Assembly: GCA_043823065.1 (NCBI GenBank) | Contig: JBDRBB010000010.1 | Location: 160,001-224,000, forward strand | Direction of reading: 5' to 3' | Origin: Pseudomonadota bacterium | GTDB taxonomy: Bacteria > UBA10199 > 2-02-FULL-44-16 > DYJF01 | DNA: 64,000 nt | Shown: positions 39,570-49,005 of the stretch, piece by piece | How positions within the stretch are numbered: position 1 is the stretch's first letter | Layout: every line of letters starts with the position of its first letter | Program-made: the position numbers and the translations under genes | Notes under the pieces: model-generated | Told to the model about the DNA's origin: nothing | What the model saw: the letters and a program-made list of their open reading frames with translations, nothing else | Database searches by the model: none

Positions 39570-40476
39570 ATAGAGTTAAACTCATTCCTTCTCTTGCCAA
39601 TTCCACTTCTAATTTTAGTTTTTCTTTCCTAATAAATTTTCGCGCTTCTGTTTTGAGCTTATCCAAGTCTTTATCTGTGGCGCCTGGATCATAATGAAAC
39701 ATGATCAGTTTTTTAATACCAGCTTGGCTAGCTAACCTAATAGGATAAGTAAAAGGACTATGTCCCCAGCCGATTTTGGTTTTATATTGTTCTGGCGTGT
39801 ACTGGGCATCATGGATCAAAACATCTGTGTCTTGCAACCAGGGAGTAAGTGATTTTTCCAGTTGGGGAATTGGTTCGTTGTCGCTGATATGCACCAAGGT
39901 TTTGCCGCTGGGTAGATGAAATTTAAAGGCATAAGAGCCGTCTGGGTGATTGCATCTAAAGGTCTGCACTTTTATCTTATCGATATGTAAACCGCGCGCT
40001 GGCATGGATTTGAAGTTTAAGCTTGCTGGCACAGAAAGGATGCTAATTGGAAAATAAGGCGGACTTATCAAATTGCCTAAATAGTAATGTAGATCAGAAC
40101 CAGAAAATTCCGGGCTGATTATGGTAAAGGAATTATGTTTGTTATAAAGCGGTTCAAAAAAAGGTAAGCCAATTACATGATCAAAATGGATGTGGGATAA
40201 AAGGATAGTTGCTTTCAGGTTACCCTCACCCCAACCCTCTCCCCTCGAGGAAGAGGGGGAACTGTTTCCTTTTTCCCTCCCCCTTGAGGGGGGAGGGCCA
40301 GGGAGGGGGTGATAATGTTCACCCAGTGCCCGAATTCCAGTACCAGCATCACAAATAATAACGGTTTTATCATATTTGATTTCCAAACACGGCGTATTTC
40401 CGCCATATTTGGCTGTTTGCGGCCCAGCAGAAGCCAGCGAACCCCGCACTCCCCAGAATTTAATTTTGGTTTTCAT
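39568..40476 (-). CDS. MBL-fold metallohydrolase (phosphodiesterase-like) with an in-frame REP insertion
   Basis: KFWGVRGS, YGGNTPC, DAGTG, SHIHFDH, HDAQY, GWGHS, FHYDP; likely start MKTKIKF. Confidence 0.88.
   Translation of the reverse strand: MKTKIKFWGVRGSLASAGPQTAKYGGNTPCLEIKYDKTVIICDAGTGIRALGEHYHPLPGPPPSRGREKGNSSPSSSRGEGWGEGNLKATILLSHIHFDHVIGLPFFEPLYNKHNSFTIISPEFSGSDLHYYLGNLISPPYFPISILSVPASLNFKSMPARGLHIDKIKVQTFRCNHPDGSYAFKFHLPSGKTLVHISDNEPIPQLEKSLTPWLQDTDVLIHDAQYTPEQYKTKIGWGHSPFTYPIRLASQAGIKKLIMFHYDPGATDKDLDKLKTEARKFIRKEKLKLEVELAREGMSLTL
40221..40312. repeat. CCCTCCCC-type REP doublet inside coding sequence
   Basis: ACCCTCACCCCAACCCTCTCCCCTCGAGGAAGAGGGG...CCCTCCCCCTTGAGGGGGGAGGGCCAGGGAGGGGGTGA. 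Confidence 0.85.
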
Positions 40477-40529
40477 AATAATATTTATTCTTTTTTTTCC
40501 CCTCCCTTGAGGGGAGGGGTGGCCAATTA

Positions 40530-40635
40530 TCACCCCCACCCTAACCCTCCCCCATCAAGGGGGAGGGAGGATGAATACCTCTATATTCACAATTCCCCTT
40601 CCCTTGATGGGAAGGGGTTAGGGGAAGGGTGATCC
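40530..40635. repeat. 106-bp direct repeat, copy 1 (REP doublet)
   Basis: Identical to 40968-41073. Confidence 0.92.
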
Positions 40636-40964
40636 TTACAAGCTTTTAGAATTACCTCCAACACACCCTCAATATTTTGGAGTACTTCATTATTCCAAAA
40701 TCTCAAGACATTATAACCTTCTTTTTTTAACCATTCATCTCTAACATTATCTGTGGGCTTTTGCAATGTATGTTGGCCACCATCACATTCTATGATTACC
40801 TTTGTTTCATAACAAACAAAATCAACAATGTAATTTCCAATTGGTTCTTGTCTGCGAAATTTAAAACCTTGCAAGTTTTTTGAACGAAGCTTTCTCCAAA
40901 GAAATCTTTCAGTATCAGTAGAATCTTTGCGGAGTTGTTTGGCAAATTTTGTTAAAGGTTTCAT
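40587..40964 (-). CDS. DUF559 / Vsr-like endonuclease domain protein
   Basis: LRK..T..E..LW..LR, KFRRQ.PIG.YIVDF, IECDGGQH, RD.WL...GY.VLRFWN. Confidence 0.9.
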   Translation of the reverse strand: MKPLTKFAKQLRKDSTDTERFLWRKLRSKNLQGFKFRRQEPIGNYIVDFVCYETKVIIECDGGQHTLQKPTDNVRDEWLKKEGYNVLRFWNNEVLQNIEGVLEVILKACKDHPSPNPFPSREGEL

Positions 40965-40967
40965 AGG

Positions 40968-41073
40968 TCACCCCCACCCTAACCCTCCCCCATCAAGGGG
41001 GAGGGAGGATGAATACCTCTATATTCACAATTCCCCTTCCCTTGATGGGAAGGGGTTAGGGGAAGGGTGATCC
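40968..41073. repeat. 106-bp direct repeat, copy 2
   Basis: Identical to 40530-40635. Confidence 0.92.
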
Positions 41074-41083
41074 ATTGTCAAAT

Positions 41084-41121
41084 AAAAAAAGCCGCTCAAG
41101 TTATACTCAAGCGGCTTTTTA
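41084..41121 (-). terminator. Rho-independent terminator after 41141
   Basis: AAAAAAAGCCGCT...AGCGGCTTTT. Confidence 0.7.
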
Positions 41122-41140
41122 AGTTAAGTTAAATTACTAA

Positions 41141-43906
41141 TTATGCTTCCAGCGGATCTCCTTCTTCGCCTTCGTCTCCCGTGTCTTCTGTATCTTCTGG
41201 CACAGGTTGTTCATCAGTATCTTCTGGAAGAGGTTGTTCATCTTCTGTTTCATCACCAGCTTCTACGTCTTCATTGTCATTAGCAGGAGTGTTATCTTCA
41301 GCATCATTTGCTGGAAGCACAGGAACGCTGCCAACAGTTGCGCTGCCAGTTACATAACCGCTACCAGTTGCAGAAAGTTTGTAGGAAATATTGCCGTTTT
41401 CTTCTTTGGCTGCCAAGGCCACACTTCTTACTTCAGCTAAATCAGTAGCTGCTGGAGAAGTTAGTTTTGACCAAGAATTTCCACCATTTCTGGTTATAGC
41501 CAAGCCAGAAGATGTGCCAGCAACAACCACAGGTTTTTCAGCTGGGGCATATGGATCAACTGCCAAGGAAAGCACCAAACCGCCTAAATTATCCTGGGTT
41601 TTGGTCCAGTTGGCCGAATCAGCAGCAGTTACATAAACTGCATTAGCACCACCAGCATAAATTTGGTTAGATCTTTCATTATAAGCTAAACTATAAACAG
41701 GAGTGCTCTCGTTAACCTCACCTCCAATAAATGGCTGCCAAGAATTGCTGCTACCATCATTAACATAAACACCCTTGTTGGTAGCTGCATAAATTTTATT
41801 ACCAACTTCTTCCAGATCATGAGCTACAGTAGCTGAAACATCAGATTCCGCACCTGATTGCCAGGGCGAGTCGCCTGGTTTTGCAATAAAGGCATCAATG
41901 TTGTTATTGATTGCGAGTCCGTAATCAAAAGCTACAATCATGCGGCCATCAGGCTTAACAATCATATCACAAACTTGTCCCAAGGCTACAATGTCGTTTT
42001 GATTACCAGTATTCATTGCTGCACCAAGATCAGCTTGCGATTTTCCAGCACAAGTTTTACCATCATAATTATCTTTTCTCAGATAGAAGATGGCATCTAA
42101 ACGATTCCAGGTTGTACCTGCGTCATTGGAATACATCATAATACCAGTACTAGCGGCAAACATCTGGGATTCATTGCCTTGTCTAAAAGCAATTGCGCCT
42201 ACCGGATATGCTCTTTCATCAAAAAAACCATTATGTTGCCATAGATCTTGTAAATCAAATGCTTGTTTAATAGCATCTTCAATATTAATAGCATATTCCA
42301 TGCTGCCTACAAAGTCAGTTACTTTGTACACTGAAATTTCGCCAAATTCAGGGCGTTGCACGCCATAGTAAGCAATATCGATATTGTCTTGATCAATTAC
42401 CACTTTGGTTACAGGCAACGCTTGCCCATTGCCAACATTGTGAAAGAACGGATTCTTAGTTAATTGCATAAAGCTTTCTACAGCTTGCTGGCTTTTGGGT
42501 TCTTCCACGCCAGCGTATTTTACTTCCACTGGTGCGCCTTTGTTAGTAACCCGGCAAGGTGCTTTAGTTCCCTCAGCTAATTTTTCTTTATCAATTGTTT
42601 GACCGCATACTTTAACTGATTCAATAGTGGCCACTTGAGCAGCATTAGTAGCTCCTATTTCAACTTCAATTTCTTCAGACTCCACAGCCCAAGGCTTGGC
42701 ATTAATATCAAGTGGAGCTCCACCACTGCCACCTACAACTTTTACAATTACGTTTGAAGTATCTTGGCTATCACCTAAAGTAGCTACAATAGTGAAATTG
42801 GTTTCAATAGCGTTAGGAGAAACTGTACAAGTGGCAGAACCGCTGGCAGATTCAACTTCTACTGGAAATGCATTATCACATTGAGCTTCTGGTTCAGCAG
42901 TAATTGTTACCAAGGCATTTTCAGGAGTTACGTTCCAAGTGACTTGGAAAGATTCCATGTAGCTGGAAACTGTGTAAAATCCATCAGAGCCATTTACTCT
43001 AATTTCTGCTTGTAGATCTACTTCTTCTACATTAACAGTTACCGCAGCAGTATATTCTTTACCACTAGCATCAACTGCATTTAAGGCATAGGTAGTTGTG
43101 CTATTTGGAGAAACAGTGGCGCATTCGCTAATAACACCTTCGATGCCTACCAGATTAGCACAATCTGCTTGGGCTTCAATTATTTGATTAGTGCTAGAAG
43201 TAACAGTTGCAGTTAAATCTTGAGAATAGTTCCAACGAATAACTGTGCTTTGGCCTGCAGAAATATTTTCCTGATCAGCAGCAATAGTTGCCACAATATC
43301 AGAAGCAGGGGTTACAGTAACCCGCACAGTTTTAGTTCCACTGATAGTAGTTGGCACTAAATTAGGTTGAACTTCAGGGGTAATGCCAACTGGGATTTGG
43401 CCCATTTTCTTAAAAGTATAAGCAACTGGCGCTTCTTCTGTTTCTTCTTCGCCAGTTTCTTCTTCTTTGGCATCTTCTTCAGCTACTTCTTCCTTATCTC
43501 CTTCTTCTTCAGAAACGTTGCCTTCAGGTTGTTCCTCTTCAGTTGGGGCAGGAAGATCAATAGTTGTAGTGGCAGTCATAGTAAAATCAATGGTGGCTGG
43601 AATGCCATCTACCACAACTTCGCCAGTCATCTCTTCAGTTTCAAAATTATAAGCAAAGGCAGCAGCTTCTTCAGTAATAGCCTTGCCACTAATTTGAATA
43701 TGAGTAGCGTTTTTCACATCCCACTTTAAAGTAGTGGATCCGCCTTCATTGATCTCGGCTGGATCAGCCGTAAAATCAATCAAGATTTCTGGAGGCACGA
43801 TATCAAGTTGGCTGCCAAATTTTAGCTCGCCATCAGAACAAGCGCTGGCTAAAATTGTAATAGCTACCACAGCAATTACGCGCCAGAATGTTTTCATGTT
43901 TTTCAT
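41141..43906 (-). CDS. Large lipoprotein with Ig-like repeats, BNR/Asp-box propeller and acidic linkers
   Basis: Lipobox ASAC; FTADP..I..G.STTL.W repeats; SNDAGTTW, TRNGGNSW. Confidence 0.75.
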   Translation of the reverse strand: MKNMKTFWRVIAVVAITILASACSDGELKFGSQLDIVPPEILIDFTADPAEINEGGSTTLKWDVKNATHIQISGKAITEEAAAFAYNFETEEMTGEVVVDGIPATIDFTMTATTTIDLPAPTEEEQPEGNVSEEEGDKEEVAEEDAKEEETGEEETEEAPVAYTFKKMGQIPVGITPEVQPNLVPTTISGTKTVRVTVTPASDIVATIAADQENISAGQSTVIRWNYSQDLTATVTSSTNQIIEAQADCANLVGIEGVISECATVSPNSTTTYALNAVDASGKEYTAAVTVNVEEVDLQAEIRVNGSDGFYTVSSYMESFQVTWNVTPENALVTITAEPEAQCDNAFPVEVESASGSATCTVSPNAIETNFTIVATLGDSQDTSNVIVKVVGGSGGAPLDINAKPWAVESEEIEVEIGATNAAQVATIESVKVCGQTIDKEKLAEGTKAPCRVTNKGAPVEVKYAGVEEPKSQQAVESFMQLTKNPFFHNVGNGQALPVTKVVIDQDNIDIAYYGVQRPEFGEISVYKVTDFVGSMEYAINIEDAIKQAFDLQDLWQHNGFFDERAYPVGAIAFRQGNESQMFAASTGIMMYSNDAGTTWNRLDAIFYLRKDNYDGKTCAGKSQADLGAAMNTGNQNDIVALGQVCDMIVKPDGRMIVAFDYGLAINNNIDAFIAKPGDSPWQSGAESDVSATVAHDLEEVGNKIYAATNKGVYVNDGSSNSWQPFIGGEVNESTPVYSLAYNERSNQIYAGGANAVYVTAADSANWTKTQDNLGGLVLSLAVDPYAPAEKPVVVAGTSSGLAITRNGGNSWSKLTSPAATDLAEVRSVALAAKEENGNISYKLSATGSGYVTGSATVGSVPVLPANDAEDNTPANDNEDVEAGDETEDEQPLPEDTDEQPVPEDTEDTGDEGEEGDPLEA

Positions 43907-43939
43907 AATCCTAAACCCCTTTCTTATATGATCTCCGTA

Positions 43940-46933
43940 TTATCTGAAATTAAGTCCTAATGTAATATTTAGACCAGCGGCAAACACATCAGTATCCAAA
44001 TTGAATTCTAGTGGCATACCTACGCCAGCGGTAAATCGGGTATCACGTCCTTCACGAGCAGTGCGCGGTCTTTGATATGCATATTCCAGACCAGGGTTGA
44101 TTAATAAAAGACTTCCCATTCCATATGGATCAATCGTTCCTCCAGATGGAGATATGGAACTGCTTGGTATGTTTATATCACCTTGTGTTCGAGACCAAAC
44201 AACTGAAGCAAAAGGCGTAATAATGTGTCTAATGCCACTAGCAGTTAGTCTAATTGGGAAACCTAGGGCGACGCCTGCAACCATCATGGTGCGATCATAT
44301 GATTGGCCATCATGACCACTAGTGTGATTGTAACGGAAAACTCCATTCAGGGAAAATCTGGCGCGATCTTCAGAACCAAAGGCTGCTGTCAGTAAGTTTG
44401 CTCCAAGTTCAAGAGTTACATCATAGGCACTTCTTTCTGCTGCATGTGCGCTAATTGAAACTTGTACACCTCCTGATGTAGCATTTTCATCACCGCCTTC
44501 ATAGGTTGCTTCAAGTTCACCACCACCAGCAATTCTAGCTTCTTCATTGCCAGGGGTGACTGTATCATCTTCATTGTCAAAACTTGAGTAATCAGCATCA
44601 TCGGCAGCAAAGTTAATTCCACCTGTTTGACCAACAGCACCACTTAACCCCAACTGAAAACCGCTCCATCTTGGTGTGGTTACAGAGATATTTGCACCAG
44701 CAATGGTACTACCAGCAACTAAATTAGCATATGCAGATAATGGATTGTAAAGGTTATCAAATAATGGATTATCAAGTCCAAAGCGTTGACCAATGACACC
44801 ACCACCTCCACTGAGTTCAAAATGTCTTATTGTACCACCAATTGAGCCTTGAATTCTATATAACATGTGTCCGTCATCATCACTACCAAACAATCCAAAA
44901 GCATCATCACCTGCAGAACGCAGGATATAACGGGAAGCATAAGATAACCAAGTAACAGAAGCAGCCAACTCTAGACCGGTTCTATGTCTATAGGCAATGC
45001 CTGCGTTACCAAGTAATTCATAACCTAGCGGATGTGATGGCTCTTCTTCTCCAGGAAGCTGTCTTGATGTTAGACCAACAGAAACTGTGCCACTAAGGCC
45101 ACCTATAAAATAAGTAACTCCGTTTCTGGTTACTGTTCCAGCAACATGATCAGGTGCGCCTGGTTCAGTTACAGCACCTTCAAACCTCACCCTGTGCAAT
45201 ACTACTTCAGGTGGAACACCCGCAGGGGCATTGTAATCACGTTGGGTGCCGTCTTCATCTTCTAGCAGGTCAGCTACATGCACATTAAGTAAGCCTTCTT
45301 CTTGATCCAAAATACTAGCTGCTGGGATTCTAGCGCCAGAAGCTGTAGGGGCAGGTGCAGCAGGAGCCGCTCCATTAAATAGAGGTAACCAAGCTGTGAG
45401 CATGGTGTTTAGCTGAGTATCATTTAACTCTTCCTCTGCAAGATTGTTAGACAAAGGAATTCTCACTAGTTCAGGAATTTGATTATCTTGAGCTAAAACC
45501 GCTGTGTTTATTTGATCTCTAGTTGGTAAAGTGGCTGCTGTTCTTCCTCTTAAAAGTGGGGCAAAAGTAGCAATTATACCTGGTCTAGCTAAAGTAGGTA
45601 TAATGTCCATGCTATCAGCTAAATCATTTAAGCCCGAACTTCTTAAAGCTGCAATAAGTTCTTCAGCTGTTGGGTTTGCTGGTGCACCACGTGTTTGTCC
45701 ACTACCTGCAGCGCTGCTTTCACGAATTCCTAAGCGTTCGCGTACAGCTGCCATTAGTTTGTCAGCAATTTGCGGATCAAGCGCCGCCAAGAAAGTATTG
45801 CGTTCAGCTAGTTGACCATTTTCTAAATTATCTAAGCTGGTGACACCTGCTAAAAAGTTAGTTACATGTTCATCAGCAAAAATTTCCCTATTTCTTACTT
45901 CTAAAAATAAACCGCGCAAAAGTTCTAGGCTGCGCACCAAATCTGCACCATTACCTTGCACGCTGGTAATCATACTTTCTGGAATTTGTCTGATAAAAAC
46001 TAAATAGTCGTCATTAGGATTGTGATCCACTTGAGCAGGGTTAGCTACTGCTGTATCTACATACCGGGTAACCAAACCAGTTGTTGGATCAAACCCATCT
46101 GTGTCAATTAAATCACGCAATCTCTGCAAAGCAGAACGGGCTACAGCTATTGGGTCAGCATTAGGATCGTTAAGTTCAGCTTCCTCAATTGCGCTGGTGA
46201 TTATTCTGGTAGCTTCGGCTGATGCATTTGGAACGCCAGAATTATCTAATAATGTTGTAGCGTCGGCAATTATGCGCTCAACTTCAGCATCAGCTGGAGA
46301 TCTTCCTTGGGTAACTAACCTGTCAATAGCTGCCAGCATATTAGGCAGGTTTAACATTTCACCTTCAACTCTAAATCTGGTTACACTGAGATCAAAAAAT
46401 GCTCCAGTAATAAATTCATTATAAGCTTCAAGAAATCTAGGATCATTAATGGTGCTGGTATTGCCTCGGCGTTGACCAGCTGTATTAGTGGCATGAGTTA
46501 TGGCTGAACCATGCAGGGCTTGAAATACGTTTTCTAACCAGGCTGCGCGTAAAGTCAGGGTTTCGCAATTAGGAGCAGATTCGTCTGCATAATGCTGGGC
46601 AATTGAATTGCGAATTAAATTGGCAGTGGCTGGGAAACGATAATCAAAAGTAGATATCTGGCTGTCAACAGCTCTACCTCCAGATGCCATGGTTTCTTGA
46701 TAACGCAAGATAGTAGAGACCACAGGTGAATTTTCAAGTGGCTCTCTCTGAGAATCAGCCAGCTGATAATAAATAGAACTATGATCTCTATCTCGTGGAC
46801 GCTGGGCCACAGCTACTGGATTACTCGCGGTGTTTCCTTCTATATAGTTTTCAGGATGCTCTTGAAAATTTAGGAGTTGTGCAAAAGTTAAAGAGTTTTG
46901 CAAATTGCATCGCATTTCACTGCCACCAAACAT
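43940..46933 (-). CDS. Lysine-depleted 997-aa protein: helical N-terminal half, C-terminal beta-barrel-like domain, no signal peptide
   Basis: 1 Lys; alternating amphipathic strands ending GLNITLGLNFR; AGGAGG RBS. Confidence 0.7.
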   Translation of the reverse strand: MFGGSEMRCNLQNSLTFAQLLNFQEHPENYIEGNTASNPVAVAQRPRDRDHSSIYYQLADSQREPLENSPVVSTILRYQETMASGGRAVDSQISTFDYRFPATANLIRNSIAQHYADESAPNCETLTLRAAWLENVFQALHGSAITHATNTAGQRRGNTSTINDPRFLEAYNEFITGAFFDLSVTRFRVEGEMLNLPNMLAAIDRLVTQGRSPADAEVERIIADATTLLDNSGVPNASAEATRIITSAIEEAELNDPNADPIAVARSALQRLRDLIDTDGFDPTTGLVTRYVDTAVANPAQVDHNPNDDYLVFIRQIPESMITSVQGNGADLVRSLELLRGLFLEVRNREIFADEHVTNFLAGVTSLDNLENGQLAERNTFLAALDPQIADKLMAAVRERLGIRESSAAGSGQTRGAPANPTAEELIAALRSSGLNDLADSMDIIPTLARPGIIATFAPLLRGRTAATLPTRDQINTAVLAQDNQIPELVRIPLSNNLAEEELNDTQLNTMLTAWLPLFNGAAPAAPAPTASGARIPAASILDQEEGLLNVHVADLLEDEDGTQRDYNAPAGVPPEVVLHRVRFEGAVTEPGAPDHVAGTVTRNGVTYFIGGLSGTVSVGLTSRQLPGEEEPSHPLGYELLGNAGIAYRHRTGLELAASVTWLSYASRYILRSAGDDAFGLFGSDDDGHMLYRIQGSIGGTIRHFELSGGGGVIGQRFGLDNPLFDNLYNPLSAYANLVAGSTIAGANISVTTPRWSGFQLGLSGAVGQTGGINFAADDADYSSFDNEDDTVTPGNEEARIAGGGELEATYEGGDENATSGGVQVSISAHAAERSAYDVTLELGANLLTAAFGSEDRARFSLNGVFRYNHTSGHDGQSYDRTMMVAGVALGFPIRLTASGIRHIITPFASVVWSRTQGDINIPSSSISPSGGTIDPYGMGSLLLINPGLEYAYQRPRTAREGRDTRFTAGVGMPLEFNLDTDVFAAGLNITLGLNFR

Positions 46934-46973
46934 ATTTCCTCCTTTAAATCCCCCGTGTATATCAAATTATATT

Positions 46974-48425
46974 TTACCAACTAGAACTTTGCGGATCAGT
47001 TACTATATTAGTACCACCACTGCCAGTTTGTGGTCTGGGTGGTCTAACTGTTCCACCACCTCTTAAACCTCTTACACCATCTAAGCGGTTAAGTAGCACA
47101 TATCCTAAAGAAATTCTTGGTGCGCTTGAGCGCCAGTCAATATCTGGAGTTCTTCTGTCTTGGCTTTCTGGAGCTGTATGAGGCATTCTAGTTACTGCAC
47201 TAGGACCGGAACCTCTTGATACCACGCCTGCTGTGCCAGCTGTTGCAGTGTTACCCATGGCCCACAATATGGCATTGCGCACCTCAGTTTTTACAGCTTC
47301 TCTTTGATCTTGTGGAATATCACCATCTTCAGTGCCTCTAATGTTAAGTCTGCGAATTGCTTCATTAGCTGCTATAAAAATTCTTCCTACATCTGTTTCA
47401 TCAGTAAGTACTCTTCTTAAACCTTCTAAATTGGTAGTTGTTGGATTAGAGATAACACTTGTTTCAGTGATAATATCCATTGTGCGAACTGCTAAAGCTA
47501 CATCATAAGTTCTAGCATCGGTAAGGCTTAAGGTAATAGTTCCTCTTAGGCCAAATTCTCTTTGGATATCAGCGTTGTTAAGAAATGCTGCAGGATTATT
47601 AAGAGCGCTTTGAAAATCAGCTGTAGCATAGTTTTCACCGCTTCTGCCCATGGCATTATTAAACAAACCCATGGTTTGATTAATTGATCCAAACAGGATA
47701 GGTCCTAATGTTCCAAATGTCATATTATTTTCTGAAGTTTCTGGTTCTTCACCATCCACAGCATTAATAACTGCGAGGATAGCAAGTTCAAGTGGATCTG
47801 GAATCTCAGATTGAACACCAGGCATAGCAAGGCTCATGCGATCAGGACAAAATCCTGAATCAGAGTTTGAGTGATCAAAGGTTATATGGATATTTGTTAT
47901 ACCAGGAAAAGATCTTACAACAGTGTTTGTGGCGTCAGCAGTTGAGACAGGAGTATTTCGCCAGACTCTAGCATAAGCTTGAAAAGCAGCAGTGGAAAAT
48001 TCAGGTAAAATAGTTGTTCCAGGAGCGCACTCGCCAATACTCAAAGTGTAACTACTTAAATTATTTGCTGCGGTACGAGGTGAAGTTGGTGGTGCAGTTA
48101 AAGCATGACAATCATGAGCAAAAGTTCGTGCGGTAACAGCAGCTCCTGAATCATTTACAATTGCTTGCAGAGCAGTGCGGGCCTCATTAACTGACATAGC
48201 TGCTCTTTCACCATCTATTCTTCCGCCATTAGCAATTCTGCAAAGTTCAGCTGCATTTGCTGCAGCTTCATCCCTTGCTACTGCTTGATCACGTTCTCTT
48301 GTTCTAGTAGCTAGATCTCCTCTTGCAGTATCACGTTCTGTTCTTGCTTCATCACGTTCGCTTCGCCAAGCACAACCACCTAAAACAAGAGCGCCAACTG
48401 CTAAAACTCCTAATATAACTGGCAT
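46974..48425 (-). CDS. Lysine-depleted protein, paralog A (N-terminal hydrophobic helix)
   Basis: 1 Lys in 483 aa; shares NNLSSYTL..GEC, AAFQAYA..W.N and RPPRPQ..NIVTDPQ.S.W with 50714..52108. Confidence 0.75.
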   Translation of the reverse strand: MPVILGVLAVGALVLGGCAWRSERDEARTERDTARGDLATRTRERDQAVARDEAAANAAELCRIANGGRIDGERAAMSVNEARTALQAIVNDSGAAVTARTFAHDCHALTAPPTSPRTAANNLSSYTLSIGECAPGTTILPEFSTAAFQAYARVWRNTPVSTADATNTVVRSFPGITNIHITFDHSNSDSGFCPDRMSLAMPGVQSEIPDPLELAILAVINAVDGEEPETSENNMTFGTLGPILFGSINQTMGLFNNAMGRSGENYATADFQSALNNPAAFLNNADIQREFGLRGTITLSLTDARTYDVALAVRTMDIITETSVISNPTTTNLEGLRRVLTDETDVGRIFIAANEAIRRLNIRGTEDGDIPQDQREAVKTEVRNAILWAMGNTATAGTAGVVSRGSGPSAVTRMPHTAPESQDRRTPDIDWRSSAPRISLGYVLLNRLDGVRGLRGGGTVRPPRPQTGSGGTNIVTDPQSSSW

Positions 48426-48466
48426 AAAATCTTCTCCTAAAATTTGACATCTATTTTTCTAAACAG

Positions 48467-48529
48467 TTATCGTACGTATTATAAAAAAGTTGCTAAGAAA
48501 ATTAATCTTATTAATTTTTTTAGCAATCC
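48467..48529 (-). promoter_or_regulatory. Sigma28-like promoter with palindromic operator (P2)
   Basis: Minus strand GGATTGCT-N27-AGCAACTTT-N13-CGATAA. Confidence 0.65.
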
Positions 48530-48535
48530 AAGCAC

Positions 48536-48572
48536 CTGGATTGCTTCGTCGTTTCACTCCTCGCAATGACAA
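48536..48572. repeat. REP-like unit (GATTGCTTCG..TCGCAATGAC family)
   Basis: CTGGATTGCTTCGTCGTTTCACTCCTCGCAATGACA. Confidence 0.65.
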
Positions 48573-48612
48573 GAGGGGTTCACAATGATATACATTTATC
48601 CCTCCATATATA

Positions 48613-48675
48613 TTTTCGTCAGATCACAAGAAAAGTTGCTAAAAAAAGCGACAAAATTGATTTTTTTAGCAATCC
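48613..48675 (-). promoter_or_regulatory. Sigma28-like promoter with palindromic operator (P3)
   Basis: Minus strand GGATTGCT-N27-AGCAACTTT-N13-CGAAAA, followed by GGAGG and an ATG. Confidence 0.6.
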
Positions 48676-48754
48676 TGATCCGCCTATGGCGGAGAAGGAT
48701 CCTAACAAGGCTTATTATGCCCACAAAAGTGGGGATCCAGTCCATTATAACAGG

Positions 48755-48789
<35 letters not shown>

Positions 48790-48799
48790 GGTAATGAAT

Positions 48800-48947
48800 G
48801 GGGACGTTTCCCTATAGCCTAACTTATTAGAATTATTAGTAAATAAAAGGCAAGTTGGAAAAATTAAAATCACACTATTCAAAAAACTGAAACTCGCCCT
48901 TTTTTTGCTAATAAATTTAACTAGTTGGCACAGGGGGAAACGTCCCC
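48800..48947. mobile_element. 148-bp MITE, copy 1
   Basis: Ends GGGGACGTTTCCC / GGGGGAAACGTCCCC match the ends of element 60065-60955; near-identical to 50489-50636. Confidence 0.85.
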
Positions 48948-49005
48948 TTGCTTTACTAGAGTATATAATGGTTTTACGTTATTATAGTAGCTGACAATGC
49001 TCCCA

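Noticed and set aside
40477..40539. Extended N-terminus of the MBL gene (MGVIIGHPSPQGRG...)
   Set aside because: It is encoded by REP sequence; the family starts at MKTKIKFWG.
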